Shown: positions 21,578-31,320, counted from the first letter of the stretch. The stretch is 64,000 nt of DNA from an uncultured Actinomycetes bacterium (GCA_964547485.1 CAZJNU010000006.1:1863-65862), one strand, 5' to 3'. Numbers and translations: made by a program. Notes: generated by a model from the letters alone, not told the origin.

Positions 21578-22891
21578 CTACCCGACCCGCTCGCGTCGAC
21601 CGAGGATGCCCTGCGGTCTGACGAGGAGGATGAGAATGAGAATGACCAGTGCGCCCACGTTCTTCAACTCGGGCGGAACGAACAGGGTGGATAGCTGAAT
21701 CATCAGTCCCACGATCAGCGAGCCCACCAATGCCCCGAAGGCTGTGCCGAGTCCTCCCAGGGTGACGCCGGCGAACACGAGGAGCAGCATCGAGAAGCCC
21801 TCCAGCCAGTTCACGCCGTTGCTCAGGCTGTAGAGGATGCCGGCCAGCGCGGCGAGCCCGGCGCCGAGGATCCACACCTGGTTGATGACCCGCTCGACGT
21901 CGATCCCGGAGGCGCTCGCCAGCGCCGGATTGTCGGAGATCGCGCGACTCGCCTTGCCGCTCTTGGTGCGCAGCAACCAATAGGCGGTCGCAAGCAGGAA
22001 CAGCAGTGCCACCACGGCACCGACCGCAGCCTTCGGGGTGATCACGATCGGGCCCAGCTCGATTCCCGGCTGGCCACTGAAGGACGCGTATTGTCGAGTC
22101 GAGCCGCCGAAGAAGAACAGGTAGACGTACCGCACCAGGATGCCGAAACCGATCGAGACCACCAGCATCGCAATCAGGCCGGTGCCCCGGCGGCGCAGGT
22201 TGCGCCACAGCAGTCGGTCCTGCAGGGCACCGGCGATTCCACAGACCACAACCGCCGCTGCAGCGGCGAACACGAACGGCCAACCCAGGATGTTGTTGAA
22301 GAAGTACGCCGCCAACGCGCCGAGGGTGATCAACTCGCCGTGGGAGAAGTTCGTGAGGCCGGTCGTGCCGTAGACCAGGGAGAGTCCGATAGCTGCCAAC
22401 GCGATGATCAGGCCGAATAGCAGGCCGTCGACGGTGAGCTGCAGCGCCTGATTGGACGAGGGCTGGTCGCCTTCGTCTGGACCGGTTCCGCTGGAGGTGG
22501 GGAATAGCACCGATGAGGTTCGACCGGTGAAGACATCCACGGTCCGGCTGGATTGGCTGGTGTTGCGCAGGCTTACCCCCGGCGGCAGGGTCTGCTGATC
22601 GAGGCTCACGGTGTATTCGCCGCCGGTCGGCAATGGGACTTCCCAGACCCCCACCTTGTTGGTGCTGACGGTCTTTGTGAAGGCGCCCTCGACGGTGGTC
22701 TTACCGTTGACGGTGAGGTCCTCGGCGTTGGTCACCGTGATTTTCACACCAGCCACCGGCTGCTTGTCCGGGCCGATGATGAGGCCCTTGAGTGCGGTGG
22801 GCTCGTCGGCCGCCATCGCCGGGGCCGCACCCACCAGGACACAGAGGGCAGCCAGCAGGGCGCCCACGACCGCGGCGATGCGTGCTCGCAC
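21578..22891 (-). CDS. livH: ABC transporter permease (LivH-like) carrying an N-terminal signal peptide plus about 120-aa extracytoplasmic domain
   Basis: The core starts near LTVDGLLFGLIIALAAIGLSLVYGTTGLTNFSHGE (about aa 150). The N-terminus MRARIAAVVGALLAALCVLVGAAPAMA is followed by a beta-rich segment (GLIIGPDKQPVAGVKITVTN...GGEYTVSL). Confidence 0.88.
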   Translation of the reverse strand: MRARIAAVVGALLAALCVLVGAAPAMAADEPTALKGLIIGPDKQPVAGVKITVTNAEDLTVNGKTTVEGAFTKTVSTNKVGVWEVPLPTGGEYTVSLDQQTLPPGVSLRNTSQSSRTVDVFTGRTSSVLFPTSSGTGPDEGDQPSSNQALQLTVDGLLFGLIIALAAIGLSLVYGTTGLTNFSHGELITLGALAAYFFNNILGWPFVFAAAAAVVVCGIAGALQDRLLWRNLRRRGTGLIAMLVVSIGFGILVRYVYLFFFGGSTRQYASFSGQPGIELGPIVITPKAAVGAVVALLFLLATAYWLLRTKSGKASRAISDNPALASASGIDVERVINQVWILGAGLAALAGILYSLSNGVNWLEGFSMLLLVFAGVTLGGLGTAFGALVGSLIVGLMIQLSTLFVPPELKNVGALVILILILLVRPQGILGRRERVG

Positions 22892-23038
22892 CGGGTGCTC
22901 CTCCCGCCGACACGCGCGACAGTGTCAGTCGCGCGTTGGAGAGCATAGTGCGGGGGTCGGACAATGCGCAGGTAGCCGCACCGACACGCCCGTGACAAAT
23001 ACCGGACGTCCCGATCAACCCCGACCGAGGTGGCTGGT

Positions 23039-23806
23039 TCAGCCGCGGGCGCTCACCTTGCGGAAAACCGGGCGGGGGAGCGCCTTCATCGTCCCCATCA
23101 CTGCACGCAGCACGGGCGGCGAGTAGACCACCGGCTTGCCTGCCCGCCAGGCCTTCACAGTGTCCTGGGCGACTTCGTCGGCGGTGGTCGAGAACGGTGC
23201 CTCCTCGAGACCCTCGGTCATCCTGGTCCGGACGAACCCTGGCCGCACCACCAGAACTTCGACGCCGGTATCCACGAGTGAGTCGCCGAGCCCCTGGCAG
23301 AGGGAATCCAGGCCAGCCTTGGTGGATCCGTAGACGAAGTTGCTGGCGCGAGCACGGTCGCCAGCAACCGACGACAGCACGATCAACGATCCATGGCCCT
23401 GCTTGCCCATCAGTGCAGCCAGGTGCAGGGTCGCACTACCGGCTCCCACGTAGTTCGTGAGCATCACCGGTACCGCAAGGTTTGGGTCGTCATTGATAGC
23501 CGCCTGGTCGCCGAGCACCCCAAAGGCGACGATTGCGACATCAACATCGCCACCGTCGAACACCTCGGCCAACGCCTGCTCGTGGCCACTGAAGTCCTCC
23601 GCGACGAAGGAGACCGTCTCCACCGTCGACATCGGCATCGCTGCCTGGGTCGCGGCCTTCGCTGCCTCGAGGCGGTCACCGGGACGACCCGCCAGGATCA
23701 CCCGGCTGAGACGCTCGGTCGGTAGGGCGGCCAGGATGGCCAGCCCGATCTCGGACGTTCCGCCCAGGAGAAGCACAGATTGGGGTTGTTTGACTGCGTT
23801 GATCAC
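23039..23806 (-). CDS. dprE2: decaprenylphospho-D-erythro-pentofuranosid-2-ulose 2-reductase (SDR, DprE2-like)
   Basis: LLLGGTSEIGLAI Rossmann motif and SDR YGSTK. Immediately downstream of dprE1, overlapping by 4 nt. Confidence 0.85.
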   Translation of the reverse strand: MINAVKQPQSVLLLGGTSEIGLAILAALPTERLSRVILAGRPGDRLEAAKAATQAAMPMSTVETVSFVAEDFSGHEQALAEVFDGGDVDVAIVAFGVLGDQAAINDDPNLAVPVMLTNYVGAGSATLHLAALMGKQGHGSLIVLSSVAGDRARASNFVYGSTKAGLDSLCQGLGDSLVDTGVEVLVVRPGFVRTRMTEGLEEAPFSTTADEVAQDTVKAWRAGKPVVYSPPVLRAVMGTMKALPRPVFRKVSARG

Positions 23807-25167
23807 AGCTGGAGCCTCCGACTCAGATCTGACGAGAACAGGTGGTTGGGGTCGACCGCCGCGCGGGCCCGCTGGAATTCAGCGAGTTGCGGGTAGCCGG
23901 CCGCGATGGTGCGACTGCTTGCCCGGGAGTCCTTGGCAAGGTAGAGCCGACCGCCGGAGTCGATGACCGCCGCGTCTAGTACGTCCAGCGTGTCGCCGAG
24001 GCCGGGGATGCCGGCGGGGATGTCCAACGCCAGCGTCCAGCCGGCGCGGGGGAAACTCAGGTAGAAGTCATTCTCGGGCCCGAACCGCTTTAGCACGCTC
24101 AGGAAGGATGGCACGCCGATCCGCTGCAATTCCGTCAGCGCGTGCCCGACCAACCACGACTGGTCATCCGGCACCGCGAACTGATACTGCAGGAAGCCCC
24201 CGGGTCCGTAGACCCGGTTCCATTCCGACACCCCATCCAGCGGATGGAAGAAGGCCGCAATGCTTTGAAGCTCATCGGTGCGATGCTTCGGCGCCTTCCG
24301 GAACCACGCCTCGTTGAACGCCCCGACGGTCAGCTTGTTCAACAAGCCACCGGGCACCATCGACGGTGCCGTGGCCAGCATCGAGGGGTCGTAGGCCAAC
24401 GGATCGCCGGCCTTGCCCGCAGGGAGCTGGTCGAGGCGTGCGTGTTCGCCGCTGGTGAGCACCCCCCGGCCAAACCTGGCACCCTTGGCGACCGAGTCGA
24501 TCCAGGCCACCGAGTAGGTGTATTCCTCATCCGCGCGAACCATCTGGGCCATCAGGTCGTCCAGATCGGTGCACCGCTGAGTGTCCACTGAGATCAGCGA
24601 GGTCTCGATCGGCAGCATCGCGATGGTGGCGGTGAGGATGATGCCGGTCAGGCCCATCCCGCCGACGGTGGCGGCGAACAACTCACGGTCGGCCGGGTCC
24701 GCGGCGGTCGGGGTGACGGTCCGCAGCTGGCCGCTGGCCAGCAGGACGTCCATCGACGTCACGTGGGCGCCGAAGGTGCCTACCCGGTGATGGTTCTTGC
24801 CGTGGATATCGGCGGCGATTGCGCCCCCGACGGTGACATACCGGGTACCCGGAGTAACTGGCACGAACCAGCCGTGCGGGACAACTCTGCGCAGGATTTC
24901 ATCCAGGCTGGTACCGGCATCAGCGGTCAACGTACCCGCTGCGGCGTCCAGCATGATCGTGCCGCCGGCGGGACGAATCACCAGCCCACCGCCGTTCTGC
25001 GCGGCATCCCCGTAGGCGCGGCCCAGTCCGCGGGCAAGCGCCCCGCGGGGACCGGCCGCGGTCAGCACGGCTGCAGCGCTATCCCCGGGCAGCAGCGATG
25101 CGACCGTTGACGTGCTGGGGGAGGTGCGACCCCACCCCGCGAGCAGTTCCTCTTTCATGATGACCAT
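23803..25167 (-). CDS. dprE1: FAD-dependent decaprenylphosphoryl-beta-D-ribose oxidase (DprE1-like)
   Basis: LLAGWGRT, RGLGRAYGDAAQN, GGAIAADIHGKNHH, GGRLYLAKDSR. The ATG at 25167 lies 6 nt after the ubiA stop. The track start at 25212 would overlap ubiA. Confidence 0.9.
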   Translation of the reverse strand: MVIMKEELLAGWGRTSPSTSTVASLLPGDSAAAVLTAAGPRGALARGLGRAYGDAAQNGGGLVIRPAGGTIMLDAAAGTLTADAGTSLDEILRRVVPHGWFVPVTPGTRYVTVGGAIAADIHGKNHHRVGTFGAHVTSMDVLLASGQLRTVTPTAADPADRELFAATVGGMGLTGIILTATIAMLPIETSLISVDTQRCTDLDDLMAQMVRADEEYTYSVAWIDSVAKGARFGRGVLTSGEHARLDQLPAGKAGDPLAYDPSMLATAPSMVPGGLLNKLTVGAFNEAWFRKAPKHRTDELQSIAAFFHPLDGVSEWNRVYGPGGFLQYQFAVPDDQSWLVGHALTELQRIGVPSFLSVLKRFGPENDFYLSFPRAGWTLALDIPAGIPGLGDTLDVLDAAVIDSGGRLYLAKDSRASSRTIAAGYPQLAEFQRARAAVDPNHLFSSDLSRRLQL

Positions 25168-25172
25168 TGCTG

Positions 25173-26054
25173 TCAGACCCCCAACGCGCCTAGTCCAAAG
25201 GTGACGACCCACAACACGCCCATGCCGAGCAGCGTGCGGTCAGAAAGTACAACGCGATCCGGCGCCTCGGCGGTGTCCCGGTCGATGTCCACCGCGTAGC
25301 GCATGATCGCCAGCACGAACGGGATGATGCTGAGCTTCGCCCAGGGCAAGGTTGACTGCACCACGGCGACTTCGAATGCCCACAGACAGTAGGCCGTGAT
25401 CGTCACAGAGGCGGCCGTCGCCCAGACGAATCGGAGATAGCCGGGGGTGTAGCCGGTGAGCACCCGGCGGGTGGTTTTGGGTGCTCCCTCCGATGCCGCG
25501 AGCGCCACATTGAGTTCACTGGATCGCTTCCCTGCGGCCATGAACAGCGAACCGAAGCCCGCCACGATGAGGAACCAACTCGACACCGCGATCCCGGTGG
25601 CTGCGGCACCCGCGATGGCGCGCAACAGGAACCCGAGGGCAAGGAAGGCCATCTCGATGACCGGCTCGTGTTTGAGCCACAGGGAGTAGGACAGGGTCAC
25701 GATCACGTAGGCGGCCAGCACCACGGCCAGTTCAGGTGCGACCAGCAGAGCGATCAACTCGCCGACGACGATGAGCACCGCAGCGGCAATCAGGGCTGCC
25801 CGCGGCGCGAGTTCGCCGGCGGCGATCGGCCGGGTGTATTTGGTCGGATGGGCGCGGTCCGCCTCGGCGTCGACCATGTCGTTGATCAGATACGTGGCAC
25901 TGGCTGCCAGACAGAACACGATGAACGCGGCCACTGTCTGCAGCAGAATCGTCGGGGCGAGAAGTTGGCCCGCAGCCAGCGGCACCGCGGCCACCAGGAC
26001 GTTCTTAGTCCACTGGTGCGGTCGCATGGCGCGGAGCAAGGGGGGCATTGCCAA
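25173..26054 (-). CDS. ubiA: decaprenyl-phosphate phosphoribosyltransferase (UbiA-family prenyltransferase)
   Basis: RAMRPHQWTKNVLV, YLINDMVDAEADRAHPTKYTRPIA. Sits upstream of dprE1-dprE2. Confidence 0.85.
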   Translation of the reverse strand: MAMPPLLRAMRPHQWTKNVLVAAVPLAAGQLLAPTILLQTVAAFIVFCLAASATYLINDMVDAEADRAHPTKYTRPIAAGELAPRAALIAAAVLIVVGELIALLVAPELAVVLAAYVIVTLSYSLWLKHEPVIEMAFLALGFLLRAIAGAAATGIAVSSWFLIVAGFGSLFMAAGKRSSELNVALAASEGAPKTTRRVLTGYTPGYLRFVWATAASVTITAYCLWAFEVAVVQSTLPWAKLSIIPFVLAIMRYAVDIDRDTAEAPDRVVLSDRTLLGMGVLWVVTFGLGALGV

Positions 26055-26165
26055 GGCTGCCGGTCTCCTCGTCCGTGTTGCTGAATCGATCGTGGGCCGG
26101 ACAATCTGCGGGCGAGACAGCCGGGTCGTGCGAGTGGTTCTGGTGGTGCGGGTAGTGCGCGCTTG

Positions 26166-26606
26166 CTAGGCGTCCCGCAATAGACAGGTTAGTCGAGCGG
26201 TGCAGACTGGCCGACCCGCGTCGTCGGTGATCTTGATCTCGTAGCTGGCCAGCGTCCGCCCCCGGGAGAGCGGCGTCGCGGCCGCGTGCACGTGCCCTTC
26301 GCGGGCGCCGCGGTGGTGGCTGGCGTTCAACTCGATGCCCATCACTATCCGGTCAGGTCCGGCGTGCATGGCTGCCGCCACCGAACCGACCGTCTCGGCC
26401 AGCACCGCCGAAGCGCCACCGTGGAGCAGTCCGTAAGGCTGCGTGTTGCCCGCGACCGGCATGGTCGCCGTCACCAGATCCGGGGAGACGTGTACATACT
26501 GAATCCCCATCTTCTCGACCAATGAGTCGACCGACATGTCGTTCATCCCGCGGGCGGCCTCGGCGGGACTCGGAAGGTCGACGGGCCAGGTTGGTGGTTC
26601 GCTCAT
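26166..26606 (-). CDS. PaaI-family hotdog-fold thioesterase
   Basis: MPVAGNTQPYGLLHGGASAVLAETVGS motif, 146 aa. Confidence 0.8.
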   Translation of the reverse strand: MSEPPTWPVDLPSPAEAARGMNDMSVDSLVEKMGIQYVHVSPDLVTATMPVAGNTQPYGLLHGGASAVLAETVGSVAAAMHAGPDRIVMGIELNASHHRGAREGHVHAAATPLSRGRTLASYEIKITDDAGRPVCTARLTCLLRDA

Positions 26607-26734
26607 GATGCCACCCTAATCGCGACTCGAGGGACGGCTCCGAGACCCTAGACACCGCGATGTGGGTCGGGCACAGGTCGACGAGCCTCGTTGGCCGAAT
26701 CCCGGACGGCGTCGCGTGGATGTTGCCGGTGTCA

Positions 26735-26910
26735 ATTCTCGCCGGTTTGGCTCGCGCCCGGGGCCGCACTGGCGGGCGCAAGCCCAAAGTGACACCTGAG
26801 GTGATCGACAAAGCCCAACGCATGTACGACTCACGAAAATTCAGCCTGGCTGAGATCGCACACACTTCGACGTCATCCCGATAACCATCCACCGCAACAT
26901 CCGCACCGAC
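26735..26910 (+). pseudogene. remnant of a serine recombinase/resolvase (C-terminal HTH only, frameshifted)
   Basis: LAGLARARGRTGGRKPKVTPEVIDKAQRMYDSRKFSLAEIAHT continues in the +1 frame as FDVIPITIHRNIR. No catalytic N-terminal domain is present. Confidence 0.55.
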
Positions 26911-27046
26911 CAATCGGTCGGCCAGAAGTCGAAACGCCGAACCACGGCAGCGAGCAGGAGATCGCGGTGAGCCTGTCCAAGAGCACCATCTGGCCAGGCA
27001 TTAGGCCACCCGCCGGCGAGGCAGCTTTCGGCGTAGAGTCCTTGGT

Positions 27047-27220
27047 ATGAGTGCGCAGCCTGACGAGCCGAGCATCGTCGTAGTCATTGATGATCCGAAC
27101 GCGGACAAGCTCGTCCCGTTCACCGAATGGCTGGCTCTTGTCGGGGTGAAGGCGCCAGTCACATTGCCCAAGCCCGCCGCGCTTTATCTGGATGAGGCCA
27201 GGGAGGCCGGTGAAGTGTGA
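27047..27220 (+). CDS. small putative antitoxin (57 aa) of the downstream PIN toxin
   Basis: ATG at 27047. In-frame stop at 27218-27220 overlaps the GTG of the PIN gene (GTGA). Too short for the ORF track; no recognisable domain. Confidence 0.45.
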   Translation: MSAQPDEPSIVVVIDDPNADKLVPFTEWLALVGVKAPVTLPKPAALYLDEAREAGEV

Positions 27221-27624
27221 GCCCGGTTGTCCTCGACGCTTCGGCAGCCGTCGAAATCATCCTGAACACCGTCACAGGCCAGCAACTCAAATCCCGCGTC
27301 GCAACTGACGACGTGTGGGTGCCTGAACATTTCTACATCGAAATTGCTGGCGTCTTTCGGCGGATGCAACGCAACGGTGCGATCACCACGACCAACGCAG
27401 GCGAGGCATTCACCGAACTGATCACGCTGCGGGCCAATCGTGCCCAAGTCAAGACGCTCCTTCCTGCGGCGTGGGCGATTCGCGCCAACATCACCGTTGC
27501 GGACGCTGTTTACGTCGTCCTGGCTCAGCAGCTAACCGCTCCGCTCGTCACCGGCGACAACCGTCTTGCCCGCGCACCATCGCAGGCCCTCGGCGGAATT
27601 CAGGTCATCAGCCCAAGCGGCTAA
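27217..27624 (+). CDS. vapC: PIN-domain toxin (VapC-like)
   Basis: VVLDASAAVEIIL...EHFYIEI...ADAVYVVLAQQL..PLVTGDNRL PIN acidic pattern, 135 aa. Confidence 0.82.
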   Translation: MSPVVLDASAAVEIILNTVTGQQLKSRVATDDVWVPEHFYIEIAGVFRRMQRNGAITTTNAGEAFTELITLRANRAQVKTLLPAAWAIRANITVADAVYVVLAQQLTAPLVTGDNRLARAPSQALGGIQVISPSG

Positions 27625-28060
27625 CTCAAACGAGGCGAAGCTGACCGGCGACAAACTGATCGGTAACGGTCTAACCGACCTTGATCACAAGCTGCACGCA
27701 AACGAGCAATTACGGTCGCGCGTTTCAGGCCTCAATATGGAGGACGGGGTTGTGGGGGAACCGGGCGCCCAATCGCGTGTCCGAAACCTCAAGCGACCGA
27801 AACCCAGCGATGAGACGTTTTCGGGCGGACCCAACTACTGATGACATGTGGCAGTAAAGGGTCGGCCAAATGATGAAACCTGAGGTTTGCACGCGTGCCC
27901 GGCTTCCAAGATCATCGCTAGCGCTAACCGCTGCACGAATCCTCCCCGAACCCCCGACCCCCGACCCCGGACCATACTTCGCGCTGGGGCAGCAGCGGCG
28001 CTGGCTGGTCGACAGTGCGGTGGCTGACCCCTGCGACCGCCACCCCCTAGGATCGGGCAG

Positions 28061-30748
28061 GTGAACCCCGCGCCGAGTCAGCCCGAGGCGATACACCGCC
28101 GTCTCCTTCTCCTGGACGGCCACTCGCTGGCCTACCGAGCCTTCTACGCGCTCCCGGTGGAGAACTTCTCAACCACCACCGGCCAGGCCACCAACGCCGT
28201 CTACGGGTTCACCTCGATGCTCATCAACGTCCTCCGGGACGAGCGGCCGACTCACGTCGCGGTCGCCTTCGACGTCTCCCGGGTGACCTTCCGCACCGAG
28301 GCCTTTCCCGCCTACAAGGCCACCCGGTCCGCCTCGCCCGCCGAGTTTGCCGGCCAGGTGGAACTGACCAAGAATGTGCTGACGGCCCTTGGTATCCCGT
28401 CATTGGCCGTCGATGGATTCGAGGCTGACGACATAATCGCGACCCTCGCCACGGAGGCCGAGAACGCCGATTTTGAGGTATTGGTGGTGACCGGGGATCG
28501 GGATGCGTTTCAGCTCATCGACGAGAACGTGACGGTGCTGTACCCGGTCCGGGGCGTGTCGGAGCTTGCCCGGATGGACCCGGCCGCCGTGACGGCCAAG
28601 TACGGCCTGGCCCCTGAGCGCTATGCCGACTTCGCGGCTCTTCGTGGCGACAAATCCGACAATCTGCCCGGGATCCCCGGCGTGGGGGAGAAGACAGCGA
28701 CCAAGTGGATCACCACCTATGGCGGGCTCGACGGCCTCGTCGCGCGCGCGGAGGAGGTGCCCGGCAAGGTCGGGGACTCGCTGCGTGAGCACCTTGGCCA
28801 GGTGCTCACCAATAGGCAGTTGACCGAGTTGGTGCGTGATGTGCCGCTGGACCTGTCGGTCGCAGAACTGGAATGGCACGGCTTCGATCGGGACTCGGTC
28901 CACGAGGTGTTCGATGCCCTCGAGTTCCAGGTCCTGCGCGGCCGACTGATCGACTACTTCAGCGACGAGGACTCCACCACCACTGATCGCACGATTGAGG
29001 TCACGCTGAGCTCGGAGCCGGTTCCCGCATGGCTGGCCGCGCACGGAGGCGGTCCGGTGGGACTGGTGGTGGCGGGTCGCTGGGGTCGGGGCACAGGTGA
29101 GGTGGACTCGCTCAGTCTGGCCGCGGCAGGAGCCGACGTGCTGGCTGTGGACCTGCGGGAGGCGTCTGAGGCAGACACCGACGCGCTGGCCGGCTGGCTT
29201 GCCGACCCTGACGCCGAGAAGGTGATGCACGACGCCAAAGGTCCGCTGCTGGCGCTACTGGCCCGCGGGTGGCAGGTCCGTGGACTCGTGATGGACACGG
29301 CACTGGCCGCGTACCTTCTGCTCCCCGGTCAGCGCACCTTCGAGATCGCCGACCTGGTCGCGCGGTTCTGCGGTATCGACCTGACCCCGCCCACCGACGA
29401 CGCCGGACAGCTGTCGCTGGCAGGGCTCGATCAGGAGTCCACCGTGTTGCCGCGGGCGCAGGAGGCCGCCGCGCTGCTGCCGCTCGAGGCGGAGTTCTCC
29501 GGGCAACTGGCGGAACGGGACAGCCTGGAGCTACTCCGGGAGGTGGAGTTGCCGGTGTTGGCCGTGTTGGCGGAGATGGAACGCGACGGTATCGCCGCCG
29601 ATCGGGTCTACCTGACCGAGCTCGAGGCGACCTATGCCGCGTCCCAGCGTGAAGCCGAGGCCAGCGCACACGATCTGGCCGGCCGCGAATTCAACCTCGG
29701 CTCCCCGAAACAACTGCAGGAGATCCTGTTCGGCGAACGGCAGCTGCCCAAGACCAAGAAGATCAAGACCGGCTACACCACCGACGCCGATGCCCTCAAC
29801 GACCTCTTCACCCGCACCGGCGATCCGCTGTTGGAGGCGATTCTGCGGTACCGCGACGTGTCGAAGTTGCGACAGACGGTGGCTGGTTTGCTCCCGCTGA
29901 TCGACGCCGGGAGTCGCATCCACACCACCTTCAACCAGATGGTGGCGGCCACCGGTCGACTCTCGAGCACCGACCCCAACTTGCAGAACATCCCGATCCG
30001 AACCGCCGAAGGCCGCCAGATCAGGGCCGGCTTCGTGGTCGGCGAAGGTTACGAGACGCTTCTCACCGCCGACTACAGCCAAATCGAGATGCGGATCATG
30101 GCGCATCTCTCAGGTGACGAGGGTCTGATCGACGCCTTCCGGCAGGGCGAGGACCTGCACACCACTGTCGGCTCCCGGGTGTTCGGCGTGCCGGCGACCG
30201 AAATCGACGCCGAGCAGCGACGACGAATCAAGGCGATGTCCTACGGCCTGGCTTACGGACTCTCCGCGTTCGGACTCGCCGCGCAACTGGGGATCTCCCG
30301 GACTGAGGCGCAGGCGCTGATGGACGAATACTTTCTGCGGTTCGGGGGAGTGCGCGACTACCTGGCGGCAGTGGTCGAACGGGCCCGCGCGACCGGCTGG
30401 ACCGAGACCGTGATGGGGCGTCGACGCTACCTGCCCGATCTGAACAGCGACAACTGGCAGCGGCGACAGATGGCCGAGCGGATGGCGTTAAACGCGCCCA
30501 TCCAGGGATCGGCAGCGGACCTGGTGAAAGTGGCGATGCTGCGGGTCCATGCCGCGTTGGCGGCGGCCGGGTTGCGATCGCGACAACTGCTGCAGGTCCA
30601 CGACGAACTGGTGTTGGAGGTGGCACCCAGGGAAGCCGACGACGTCGCCGAGATCGTCCGCCGCGAAATGGGGGCCGCCTATCCGCTCGACGTGCCGTTG
30701 GAGGTCTCCATCGGCACCGGGCGCACCTGGGCCGACGCCGGGCACTGA
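28061..30748 (+). CDS. polA: DNA polymerase I
   Basis: 5'-nuclease N-terminus (LLLLDGHSLAYRAFYAL), polymerase motifs DYSQIEMRIMAH and QVHDELV, 895 aa. Confidence 0.97.
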   Translation: MNPAPSQPEAIHRRLLLLDGHSLAYRAFYALPVENFSTTTGQATNAVYGFTSMLINVLRDERPTHVAVAFDVSRVTFRTEAFPAYKATRSASPAEFAGQVELTKNVLTALGIPSLAVDGFEADDIIATLATEAENADFEVLVVTGDRDAFQLIDENVTVLYPVRGVSELARMDPAAVTAKYGLAPERYADFAALRGDKSDNLPGIPGVGEKTATKWITTYGGLDGLVARAEEVPGKVGDSLREHLGQVLTNRQLTELVRDVPLDLSVAELEWHGFDRDSVHEVFDALEFQVLRGRLIDYFSDEDSTTTDRTIEVTLSSEPVPAWLAAHGGGPVGLVVAGRWGRGTGEVDSLSLAAAGADVLAVDLREASEADTDALAGWLADPDAEKVMHDAKGPLLALLARGWQVRGLVMDTALAAYLLLPGQRTFEIADLVARFCGIDLTPPTDDAGQLSLAGLDQESTVLPRAQEAAALLPLEAEFSGQLAERDSLELLREVELPVLAVLAEMERDGIAADRVYLTELEATYAASQREAEASAHDLAGREFNLGSPKQLQEILFGERQLPKTKKIKTGYTTDADALNDLFTRTGDPLLEAILRYRDVSKLRQTVAGLLPLIDAGSRIHTTFNQMVAATGRLSSTDPNLQNIPIRTAEGRQIRAGFVVGEGYETLLTADYSQIEMRIMAHLSGDEGLIDAFRQGEDLHTTVGSRVFGVPATEIDAEQRRRIKAMSYGLAYGLSAFGLAAQLGISRTEAQALMDEYFLRFGGVRDYLAAVVERARATGWTETVMGRRRYLPDLNSDNWQRRQMAERMALNAPIQGSAADLVKVAMLRVHAALAAAGLRSRQLLQVHDELVLEVAPREADDVAEIVRREMGAAYPLDVPLEVSIGTGRTWADAGH

Positions 30749-30769
30749 CCCGTCGAACCGCTCGGCAGC

Positions 30770-31285
30770 TCAGGTGTAGCCGTCGGCCTGCAGGTCGAAG
30801 AGGAGTTGCTGCGCTGCCCGTAGTTGGTCCGCTTCGTCTGCTTCGTCGGGCTCACCCATCCAGGTGGCATGGAGAACCTCGAAGCCGTCCGCCCGCAGGG
30901 CGTCCACGACCACCGGGTCGTCGTCCACGATGAGGTCCACGCCGGCTCGGTCGCGGAGCCGCCGGGCGACCGCCAGCTTCGTCAGACGGCCGGGTCGACG
31001 GTCGCGGTCCGGGCGCATGAACAGTTGGGCTGCAGGCAGACCCTGGGCCGTGAGCCACGCCGACGTCGCGGCCCGGCATCGCTCCGGTCGTCCGGTCGAA
31101 TAGACGACGTGCCGTCCGAGCGACAGCTGCTCGTCGATCAGGTCGCGCCCCTGCGCCAGCAGCGGGTCGTCCGGGGCAAGAGCGAAGAACTGCTCCCAGT
31201 CCTTCGGGGTGGTACGGATGGCAGACAGTCTGTGGCGCACGTCGGCCAGGACACCATCGATGTCGAAGATCGCGAACCGAGCCAC
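30770..31285 (-). CDS. HAD-superfamily phosphatase-like protein
   Basis: FDIDGVLAD motif I, STGRPE motif II region, and a DDD motif near the C-terminus. Confidence 0.72.
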   Translation of the reverse strand: MARFAIFDIDGVLADVRHRLSAIRTTPKDWEQFFALAPDDPLLAQGRDLIDEQLSLGRHVVYSTGRPERCRAATSAWLTAQGLPAAQLFMRPDRDRRPGRLTKLAVARRLRDRAGVDLIVDDDPVVVDALRADGFEVLHATWMGEPDEADEADQLRAAQQLLFDLQADGYT

Positions 31286-31320
31286 AGCGGGACGCTAGCG
31301 CACAGCCGCGGAATACGCTG

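Noticed and set aside
20221-21621. 466-aa plus-strand ORF antisense to livG/livM
   Set aside because: Same high-GC antisense artefact. Low-complexity Arg/Asp/Glu/His-rich sequence opposite clear ABC transporter genes.
22913-22935. Hairpin CGCGCGAC-AGTGTCA-GTCGCGCG in the livH leader as an ANTAR target
   Set aside because: It is a single hairpin with a 7-nt loop and does not fit the dual hexaloop ANTAR-target architecture. It may simply modulate RBS access, since it sits 8 nt upstream of GGAGGA on the minus strand.
27925-28000. C-rich tract (CCTCCCCGAACCCCCGACCCCCGACCCCGG) upstream of polA as a possible 6C-type small RNA
   Set aside because: I could not find the two flanking stems that present C-rich loops in 6C RNA. 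Only a weak 7-bp complementarity was found.
27725-28123. 132-aa minus-strand ORF overlapping the polA start
   Set aside because: No recognisable features. It lies mostly in the lower-GC spacer and overlaps the polA start region.
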